64,000 nt of DNA from Deltaproteobacteria bacterium. GTDB lineage: Bacteria > Myxococcota_A > UBA9160 > SMWR01. The notes beneath the pieces are model-generated. The model was not told the DNA's origin, made no database searches, and saw only the letters and a list, made by a program, of their open reading frames with translations. Of this stretch, positions 57,041 to 64,000 are shown in pieces. The translations under genes were made by a program, and so were the position numbers. The stretch is from assembly GCA_032128115.1 (NCBI GenBank), contig JAQBHB010000047.1:160001-224000 (forward strand), given 5' to 3'. Each line of letters opens with the position of its first letter. Positions within the stretch are counted from its first letter, which is position 1.

Positions 57041-57807
57041 TGCCCGTCGCCGATTTCTCTCTGGCGGGGAAGGTGGCGATCGTAACCGGCGGGAGCCGGG
57101 GAATTGGCCGTTCGATCGCGCTGGGGCTCGCGGAGCACGGGGCGGACGTGGCCGTGGCGGCGCGCAAGCCCGAGGCGCTGGCCGAGGCGGTGGAGGCGAT
57201 CGAGAAGACCGGGCGCCGGGCCCTCGGCGTGGCCAGTAACGTGCGGCGAGCCGCCGAGCTCCAGAACCTGGTCGATGAGACGAAGCGGAGCCTGGGGCGC
57301 ATCGACATCCTGGTGAACAACGCCGGCACGAATCCCGTCTTCGGGCCGGTGCAGGAGATCGACGAGCGCGCCTGGGACATGATCATGAACACGAACGTCA
57401 AGTCGGCGCACCTGCTCTCGAACCTGGTCCGCGAGGCGATGCTGGAACACGGCGAGGGCGGCAGCATCGTCAACGTGAGTTCGGTAGGTGGCTACAGGGC
57501 CTCGGACGTGATTGGCGGCTATTCGGTCTCGAAGGCGGCGTTGATCATGCTGACCCAGGTGCAGGCCAAGACCTGGGGGAGGGACGGGATCCGGGTCAAC
57601 TGCATCGCGCCCGGGTTGATCGAGACCGAATTCGCGCGCGCCCTGTGGGAGGATCCCAAGACGCGCCGCCATTCCGAGGCGGACGCTGCCCTGGGTCGCA
57701 TCGGCGCCCCCGACGAGATGGCGGGCGCCGTGGTCTACCTGGCGAGCCCCGCCGCCTCGTTCGTCACTGGCCAGACCCTGGTGCTCGACGGTGGGCGCCT
57801 GCTCTAG
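57040..57807 (+). CDS. SDR family oxidoreductase (DHRS4-like)
   Basis: TGGSRGIG, NNAGTNP, YSVSK, PGLIETEF; start overlaps upstream stop. Confidence 0.93.
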   Translation: MPVADFSLAGKVAIVTGGSRGIGRSIALGLAEHGADVAVAARKPEALAEAVEAIEKTGRRALGVASNVRRAAELQNLVDETKRSLGRIDILVNNAGTNPVFGPVQEIDERAWDMIMNTNVKSAHLLSNLVREAMLEHGEGGSIVNVSSVGGYRASDVIGGYSVSKAALIMLTQVQAKTWGRDGIRVNCIAPGLIETEFARALWEDPKTRRHSEADAALGRIGAPDEMAGAVVYLASPAASFVTGQTLVLDGGRLL

Positions 57808-57808
57808 T

Positions 57809-59023
57809 TCAGTTCAAGCGCTCCAGCACGAACTGGTCGACGATCTGGGAACGCAGGCGGTTCCAGCGCTCGGCGGGGACATCCTGGCTCTGGCAGCGCC
57901 CCTCGTGGCGCGGATCCAGCTCGAAGCATTGCGTGCGGCTCGCCGGGTAGTTCAAGAGCACTCCCACCAGATGGATCGCCGCGATCGCGGCGATGCTCAC
58001 GACCACGATCCGCCGGGGCCGCGCCAGGGCGCCCACCGCCAGATACAGGAACACGGTCGCCGGCACGTAGATGCGCAGGCCCGAGGAGAACGCGTACGGG
58101 ATGCCGAGCAGAAGGCCCGTGGTCGCCATCCAGATGAAGTTCGGGTTGTCGCGCAGGTCCTTCAGGCGCACGCCGCTCCGGAAGATGTCCAGGAAGATCA
58201 GCGTCCAGGCCGCTGCCCACAACGCGCCGCTGATCAGGACGGCGGGCACCGACAGGGCGTAGGCGCTGACCGGGACGAACGTGTAGAAGAGGCCCTCCAG
58301 GATCTTGATCGAGCGCAGGACCGCGACAATGGCCAGGTGCCCCGTGCTCTCCGGGTCGAGCAGGAACAGGCCGTGTCCGCCCACGTCCACGGCCGTGGCG
58401 TAGTAGGTGACGTAACCGAAGTACAGAAACAGGGGAACGCATACGAGCGTCTGCAGCGCCGCGCCGACACGCCCCTGCCTGTAGTATCGAAACGCGAATG
58501 CCAGGTTCTGGAACACGAATGGCGACTTCGAGGCGGCTGCCAGCACCAGCCATCGCGGCGAGGCGCGCGATTCGAAACCGGTGATCGCGAGGCACGTGAA
58601 CAGCAGCAGCAGCAGGTCGCTGCGCTGGGCGATCCAGGTGACGGCCCACAGGAACCCGGGGTGGCACAGCGCCGCCACCAGAAACAGCAGCGCCACCGGC
58701 GGAAAGCCCCGGCGCCGCAGCATGGCAACGCCGGCCAGCACGATGCCCGCGAAGAGCGCCACGTTGACGGCGTGCTGGAAACCCGACGAGGGGGAGATCT
58801 CGGCCAGCAGCACGCAGCTCAGACTCAGCATCGGTCGCCCGGCCACTGCGAACGGGTCGAAGAGGAACGCGCTCCAGGGGGTGGTGAGCAGCCGGAAGTC
58901 GTCGCCCCGGTACCCGAAGGAAAGGCTCGGCAGGTACAGGACCGCGAATGCGATGGCGAGGATCGCAGGCACCGCGGCCTGCCCCGCAGTGGGCCAGCCG
59001 GTCAGGGATCGGAAGCCGGTCAC
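57809..59023 (-). CDS. Polytopic membrane protein, possible GT-C fold glycosyltransferase
   Basis: TM followed by GDDF acidic motif, GRP, AVTWIAQRSDLL, SK; about 10 TM segments. Confidence 0.5.
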   Translation of the reverse strand: MTGFRSLTGWPTAGQAAVPAILAIAFAVLYLPSLSFGYRGDDFRLLTTPWSAFLFDPFAVAGRPMLSLSCVLLAEISPSSGFQHAVNVALFAGIVLAGVAMLRRRGFPPVALLFLVAALCHPGFLWAVTWIAQRSDLLLLLFTCLAITGFESRASPRWLVLAAASKSPFVFQNLAFAFRYYRQGRVGAALQTLVCVPLFLYFGYVTYYATAVDVGGHGLFLLDPESTGHLAIVAVLRSIKILEGLFYTFVPVSAYALSVPAVLISGALWAAAWTLIFLDIFRSGVRLKDLRDNPNFIWMATTGLLLGIPYAFSSGLRIYVPATVFLYLAVGALARPRRIVVVSIAAIAAIHLVGVLLNYPASRTQCFELDPRHEGRCQSQDVPAERWNRLRSQIVDQFVLERLN

Positions 59024-60270
59024 CGGCGAACGCCGCCTGCCACCGGTGCCATCCGCAGGCGGGCGATCGCCAGGCAGGCGACCACGTAGCCGCCCGCCAG
59101 GATCTGGAAGGCCACGTCGTAGCTCCCGGTGACGTCGTAGATCCAGCCGGTGAGCGGCACCCCGACGGCCGTGATGGGGCTCTGGAAGGGGCGCATCAGT
59201 CCGGCCACCTTGCCGAACGACAAGCGGCCGAAGGCCGCCGCCGCGACCGACTGCTGCAGGGGGATCACGCCTCCCATGCCAAAGCCGAAGACGGCGGCTC
59301 CGGTGGCGAGATCCGTGTAGTCGGTGCCACCCATGATCAGGAGCAGGCCGATCAGCTGTCCGCCGAACGAGATCCAGATGGCGATGCGCGGATCAAAGCG
59401 GTCCACGAGCCGGCCGAATACGAGCTTTCCCAACACGCCCATGCCCGCCGAGGTCGAGAGCACCCAGCCGGCGCGGTACGCCGGTACGCCCCGGTCGTCG
59501 GCGTACGGGATCAGGTGCGAGAGCAGCGACGACAGCGCGAAGAAGGCCAGCCCGAAGGAGGCGACGATCACCCAGAAATTGGGGGAGCGCAGGATCTCGC
59601 GAGTCTTCCAGGTCCGTTCGGCGCCAACCGGGATGGGGGCATCCGGCAGCGGGATGGGCTCGCCGTCGGGCCGCTGCCCGATCTGCTCGGGGCGGTCCAC
59701 GACCAGAAGCGCCACCAGGGGCACCACCACCAGGGCCGTGGCCAGCGCATAGATTTCGAAGCTGCCGCGCCAGCCGCGGGCCGCGATCAGCCAGGTTGCG
59801 GCCACCGGCATCACCAGGCCCGAGAGCGAGATGCCCACCGTGGCCACGCCGAAGGCGGTGCCGCGCCGCGCCTCGAACCAGTTGGCCACGAGTTTTCCAG
59901 AGGCCATTCCTCCCATCAGCGACAGGCCGACACCGAAGAAGGTCCCCAGGATCAGGTAGTACTGCCACAGGAAGTCGATGCGCGAGAGCAGTCCGAAGCC
60001 CACGCTCACGATCACGGCTCCCGCGATCATGGCCCGCTTCAGCGACGCCCGATCGAGCAGGCGCCCGATGAAGGGAGCCGCCAGGGAGCCGGCGAAGCTC
60101 GAGATGGAAAGCCCGAGGCCCACGCTGAAACGCGAGCCTTCGCCCAGGTCGGCGGCGATGGGCTTGAAGAACACGCCGAAGGAGTAGAAGAAGAAGCCCA
60201 CGGCGATGAAGTCGACCACGAAGGCGACACCCACCATGCGCCAGCCGCGAAAGCCCGGGGCGGCGCTCAT
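59020..60270 (-). CDS. MFS transporter (MCT/OFA-like)
   Basis: GRLLDRAS, WFEARRGTAFG, GRLVDRFD, IYDVTGSY. Confidence 0.92.
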   Translation of the reverse strand: MSAAPGFRGWRMVGVAFVVDFIAVGFFFYSFGVFFKPIAADLGEGSRFSVGLGLSISSFAGSLAAPFIGRLLDRASLKRAMIAGAVIVSVGFGLLSRIDFLWQYYLILGTFFGVGLSLMGGMASGKLVANWFEARRGTAFGVATVGISLSGLVMPVAATWLIAARGWRGSFEIYALATALVVVPLVALLVVDRPEQIGQRPDGEPIPLPDAPIPVGAERTWKTREILRSPNFWVIVASFGLAFFALSSLLSHLIPYADDRGVPAYRAGWVLSTSAGMGVLGKLVFGRLVDRFDPRIAIWISFGGQLIGLLLIMGGTDYTDLATGAAVFGFGMGGVIPLQQSVAAAAFGRLSFGKVAGLMRPFQSPITAVGVPLTGWIYDVTGSYDVAFQILAGGYVVACLAIARLRMAPVAGGVRR

Positions 60271-61655
60271 CGCGCGTCGCGTGCTTCGAGTCGGTCGAGG
60301 ATCTCGCGATGTGCCTGGCGCGTGAGGCCGTAGCCCCGTGCGATCCAGACCGAGAGCACCAGGAAGAAGGCGGGCGCGAGGCTCGTGAGCAACCGGATCG
60401 CCGTGATTACCTCGTCATTCTGCTCCGATTCGCGATCGAAGCCCAGCTGTCCAAGCAATGCCATGGCGAGCGCCACCGCCAGGGTGCCGGCCAGCTTGCG
60501 CACGAACATGAAGAAGCCGTAGTAGACGCCCTCGCGGCGCTCGCCGGTCTCCAGATCGTCCTCGTCCACCACCTCGCCCAGCATGGACCAGGGCATGAGA
60601 TCCACCATGGCGTAGCCAATGGCGCTCACCGGAACGAAGACCATCAGGGTCCAACGCGGCCATTCGGGCTGCACCAGCAGGAACAGGACCAGGGTGGCGG
60701 CCCACCACAGGGAGCCCACCTTGAAGATCGTGGCCTTCTCCGTCCTGCGCGCGATCCACATCCACGCGGGTAGTGAGGCGCAGACCGCGCCGACGAACAG
60801 GATCATGGTGATCTCGAAATCCCTGCTGCGGCCGATCCAGAACGTGAAGTAGAGGATCAACATGGCGCCGATCAGATCGAGCGCGATGCGGCCGCACAGA
60901 TAGAGGCCCGTCAGGCGGCGGAAGTTGCGATTGCGCAACAGGATCACCAGCCCCTGGCGGAACGAGACCTGCGGCGTTCGTGCCTGGAAGCTGGGTCGCT
61001 CCCACGTGCCCGCGTAGACGGCGAGCCACGGCACCGCCAGCACCACGCCAAGGATCGCTCCCGCCGCGGCGAAACCCCCGGCGCCGCCGCCCAGCGCATG
61101 GGCCATGGGGCGAACGGCCGCGGAGCCCACCAGCACACCGATCAAGGACCCCACATTCCGGTACATGTTGAGCGACGTACGCGCGTCGTAGCCGATGGCC
61201 ATCTCGGGTTGGAGCGCGAGGTAGGGCACCGAGAGCACCGTCATGGAGAGGCTCAGCACCACGTAGACCGCCGTGTAGTAGCCGAACATGACGAGCTGGG
61301 ATCCGGTGGCCAGGGGCGTCCACAGCAGGGCGAAGCTCGCGCCGAACGGGATGGCCCCGATCAGGAAGAACGGCCGCCGACGCCCGGCCTTCCAGCGGCA
61401 GCGATCCGACCAGCGCCCCATGGCCGGATCCGTGAAGGCGTCCACGCCGCGCCCGATCAGCTGCACCAGCCCCGCCAGCTCCGGGCGCAGCCCCGCTACC
61501 TGGGTCAGGAAGTAGCTGACGTAGACCACGTTCAGGGAGACCAGCACCGTGTTCACGGTGAAGTCGCCAAGGCCGTATACGGTCTTGCGCCCGACGTGAA
61601 GCCGAGGGTCCTCGTTCGCAGAGAATGCGTTGGGCGCGGACGAGGCTTGGCTCAA
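60267..61655 (-). CDS. GPH (glycoside-pentoside-hexuronide) family MFS transporter
   Basis: DAFTDPAMG..SDR, GRRRPF, VPYLAL, GERREGVYYG. Confidence 0.92.
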   Translation of the reverse strand: MSQASSAPNAFSANEDPRLHVGRKTVYGLGDFTVNTVLVSLNVVYVSYFLTQVAGLRPELAGLVQLIGRGVDAFTDPAMGRWSDRCRWKAGRRRPFFLIGAIPFGASFALLWTPLATGSQLVMFGYYTAVYVVLSLSMTVLSVPYLALQPEMAIGYDARTSLNMYRNVGSLIGVLVGSAAVRPMAHALGGGAGGFAAAGAILGVVLAVPWLAVYAGTWERPSFQARTPQVSFRQGLVILLRNRNFRRLTGLYLCGRIALDLIGAMLILYFTFWIGRSRDFEITMILFVGAVCASLPAWMWIARRTEKATIFKVGSLWWAATLVLFLLVQPEWPRWTLMVFVPVSAIGYAMVDLMPWSMLGEVVDEDDLETGERREGVYYGFFMFVRKLAGTLAVALAMALLGQLGFDRESEQNDEVITAIRLLTSLAPAFFLVLSVWIARGYGLTRQAHREILDRLEARDAR

Positions 61656-61688
61656 GAGAACTCTCGGGCGTGGTGCCGAGCGTCGATC

Positions 61689-62885
61689 CTAGGCGATGTC
61701 TGCCTTGCGATACAGGGTGACCACGGCGGCGCCACCCAGACCCAGGTTGTGCTGCAGCGCCACCTTCGCGCCGTCCACCTGGCGCTTGTCGGCTGCGCCC
61801 CGCAGCTGCCAGTTGAGTTCCGAGCACTGGGCGAGGCCCGTGGCTCCCAGGGGGTGGCCCTTGGAGATGAGGCCTCCGGAGGGATTCACCACCACCTGGC
61901 CGCCGTAGGTCTGAGCGCCCGAATCCACGAAAGCGCCCGCCTTGCCCTCGGGGCACAGGCCCAGGGCCTCGTAGCTGATCATCTCGTTGGCCGAGAAGCA
62001 GTCGTGCAGCTCGACCACGTCCAGGTCTTCCGGCCCGAGGCCCGACTGCTCGTACACCTGCTGGGCGGCCTTCTTCGTCATGTCGGAACCCACCAGCTTG
62101 ATGCTGCTCTTTTCGTCGAACGAGCTGGCGTAGTCGGTGGTCATGGCCATGCCCAGGATCTCGACCGCCTGGTCCTGAAGGCCGTGCTTCTTCACGAACG
62201 ACTCGCTGGCCAGGATCGCCGCACCCGCCCCGTCGGAGGTGGGGCAGCACTGCAGCTTGGTGAGCGGCTCGTACACCATGGGTGAGTTCATGATGTCTTC
62301 CAGGCTGTACTCGTCCTGGAACTGGGAGTACGGGTTGTTCACCGAATGCTTGTGGTTCTTCCAGCCGATCTTGGCGAACTGCTCGAGCGTGGTGCCGTAC
62401 TTCTCCATGTGCTCGCGGCCGGCGTTTCCGAAGAACTGGGGCGCCGCCGGCGCCTTGGCGAAGCCGCGCATCTCGATCATGAGCTTCGCGTGCTTGTCCA
62501 TGGGGTTGGTGCGGTCGGTGTACTTGATGCCCAGCGACCCCTTCTCCATCTTCTCGAAGCCCAGCGCCAGCACGCAGTCGGCCAGGTCGCCCTCCACGAA
62601 CTGCTTGGCCATGAACAGCGCCGTCGATCCCGTGGCGCAGTTGTTGTTCACGTTGTAGATGGGGATCCCGGTGAGTCCGAGGGTGTAGACGGCGCGCTCA
62701 CCGGCGGTCGAATCGCCGTAGCAATAACCCACGCAGGCCTGCTCGATCTGGTCGTAGGCGATGCCCGCGTCCTCGAGGGCCCGGGTTCCGGCCTCCTTGG
62801 CCATGTCGGGATAGTCCCACTCCTTCGAGCCGGGCTTCTCGAACTTGGTCATGCCGACGCCGACGACGAACACCTTCCTGCCCAT
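61689..62885 (-). CDS. Lipid-transfer protein / SCP-x type thiolase
   Basis: [37 protein letters not shown]. Confidence 0.93.
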   Translation of the reverse strand: MGRKVFVVGVGMTKFEKPGSKEWDYPDMAKEAGTRALEDAGIAYDQIEQACVGYCYGDSTAGERAVYTLGLTGIPIYNVNNNCATGSTALFMAKQFVEGDLADCVLALGFEKMEKGSLGIKYTDRTNPMDKHAKLMIEMRGFAKAPAAPQFFGNAGREHMEKYGTTLEQFAKIGWKNHKHSVNNPYSQFQDEYSLEDIMNSPMVYEPLTKLQCCPTSDGAGAAILASESFVKKHGLQDQAVEILGMAMTTDYASSFDEKSSIKLVGSDMTKKAAQQVYEQSGLGPEDLDVVELHDCFSANEMISYEALGLCPEGKAGAFVDSGAQTYGGQVVVNPSGGLISKGHPLGATGLAQCSELNWQLRGAADKRQVDGAKVALQHNLGLGGAAVVTLYRKADIA

Positions 62886-62975
62886 GGATCCTTCTCCTCG
62901 ATCGAGCGCTTCGGGCCGCTGGGTCCGGAGCCTGCTCTGCTCTGTCCCGCCGGAAGGCGGGATGGGTTGGCTGGA

Positions 62976-62991
62976 TTGACTCCAGAGTCAA
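62976..62991. promoter_or_regulatory. Palindromic operator-like site TTGACTC-CA-GAGTCAA
   Basis: Perfect 7-bp inverted repeat lying 3 nt downstream of a minus-strand TAGGCT -10 (62995-63000) of the SCP-x thiolase gene. Confidence 0.6.
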
Positions 62992-63059
62992 CGGAGCCTA
63001 GCACCCCGCAACGCGGATAGAAGCGCCTCTACGCGCTGCTCGATCTCGTCGCGAACCCT
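62988..63059 (-). pseudogene. Relic C-terminal fragment resembling LMW-PTP/ArsC arsenate reductase
   Basis: Reads RVRDEIEQRVEALLSALRGARLR*; preceded by a homopolymer junction (G8 on plus, 63060-63067). Confidence 0.45.
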
Positions 63060-63073
63060 GGGGGGGGAGGCAT

Positions 63074-63871
63074 TCAGAGCCTGAAGTGCTGGCGGATCAG
63101 GGCCAGGGTAAAGCGATCGGGAAGCAGGCGGCGGATCAGGGGCACCGTTGCCGAGTCGGCACCCACGGCGTAGCGCACCCGCGGACGGCGGGCGGTGAGG
63201 GCGCGTTCGATGGCCCGGGCCACCACCTCGGGCCCGGGGGCCCTGGGGAGCGACTCGACGATCACGTCGCGCGTGGTGAGAATGCGCTCGCCGTAGACCG
63301 AGTTCTCCGGACGTCCCCAGTCCGTCGCGTCGTTGAACGGGGTGTTGATGTCGCCGGGTTCGACGAGCGAGACGTGCACCCCCGTCGCGTGTAGCTCGTT
63401 GCGCAGGGCCAGGGCCAGGGCGTCCACCGCCGCCTTGCTGGCCGAGTAATGGGCCTGGAAGGGGATCGGCACGCGCCCCGCCAGGGAGCCCACCAGCACG
63501 ATCCGCCCGTGCCCGGCCTCGCGCATGCCGGGAATCACGGCGCGCAGGGTGCGCAGCACGCCGAAGAAGTTGGTGTCGAACTGCTTGCGGGCGGCCTCGA
63601 TGGGCACCTCCTCCACACTGCCGAAGATCCCGAAGCCCGCATTGCACACCACGCCGGTAAGGGTCGGGGCCGAGTCGAGCACCTGGTCGACGGCCTTGTG
63701 CACCGACGTCTCGTCGCACACGTCCATGGCCACCCACGAGACCCCAGGGTCCGCATCCGGGCCGGGATTGCGACTGGTTCCGAACACCCGGAATCCCGCG
63801 GCCACCAGGCGCGTCGCCGCGGCTGCGCCGATGCCCGACGACGCCCCCGTGATCAGGATCGTGCCCTTCAC
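63074..63871 (-). CDS. SDR family oxidoreductase
   Basis: TGASSGIG, CNAG, YSASK, EPGDINT. Confidence 0.93.
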   Translation of the reverse strand: MKGTILITGASSGIGAAAATRLVAAGFRVFGTSRNPGPDADPGVSWVAMDVCDETSVHKAVDQVLDSAPTLTGVVCNAGFGIFGSVEEVPIEAARKQFDTNFFGVLRTLRAVIPGMREAGHGRIVLVGSLAGRVPIPFQAHYSASKAAVDALALALRNELHATGVHVSLVEPGDINTPFNDATDWGRPENSVYGERILTTRDVIVESLPRAPGPEVVARAIERALTARRPRVRYAVGADSATVPLIRRLLPDRFTLALIRQHFRL

Positions 63872-63928
63872 GACGCGAGCTTACCCCGCTCGCGGTGCGG
63901 GGCGCCCGGGGGCTGGTAGGCTCCGCGC

Positions 63929-64000
63929 ATGCAGAGCACGCGGGGGGTGCGATGGCGCCGGATCGGCGCTCTCCTGATTCTCGCCGTGGTGTCGTGCACC
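63929..64000 (+). CDS. Putative lipoprotein, 5' end (runs off window)
   Basis: MQSTRGVRWRRIGALLILAVVSCT: basic n-region, h-region, lipobox-like VVSC; TAGGCT 6 nt upstream. Confidence 0.55.
   Translation, partial: MQSTRGVRWRRIGALLILAVVSCT

Noticed and set aside
1..64000. CRISPR array, tRNA/rRNA, integrase/transposase, defence island
   Set aside because: No repeat-spacer periodicity, RNA-gene signature or such protein motifs seen by eye; the repeats found have only 2-4 adjacent copies without spacers.

Overview
High-GC (roughly 68-70% by eye), densely coding bacterial window with about 55 CDS and no recognisable rRNA, tRNA, CRISPR array, transposase or prophage gene. It mixes diderm traits (a PEP-CTERM/exosortase substrate, lipoproteins, TPR/SGNH envelope proteins) with an Actinobacteria-like lipid catabolic repertoire (CaiB CoA-transferase, two TIGR03619-like F420 LLMs, a two-subunit acyl-CoA dehydrogenase pair, thiolase and SCP-x thiolase, WS/DGAT, PlsB, many SDRs). 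That mix suggests an uncultured Myxococcota/Binatota-like organism (inference). The most notable items are: (1) an mtoX/SBP56 methanethiol-oxidase homolog coupled to an SCO gene, apparently with His in place of one proposed TTQ tryptophan and no neighbouring mauG; (2) an 87-bp element with perfect 28-bp inverted repeats that supplies the stop codon of a radical SAM gene; (3) an uncharacterised Cu-monooxygenase-like lipoprotein and a His-motif membrane enzyme/SGNH pair; (4) a sucA leader with five tandem ANGGA motifs; (5) ten genes with leaderless-type TAnnnT promoters; (6) a frameshifted Nudix gene and small gene relics (Tat-signal start, ArsC C-terminus) at gene junctions. All product calls come from motif recognition, not database searches.
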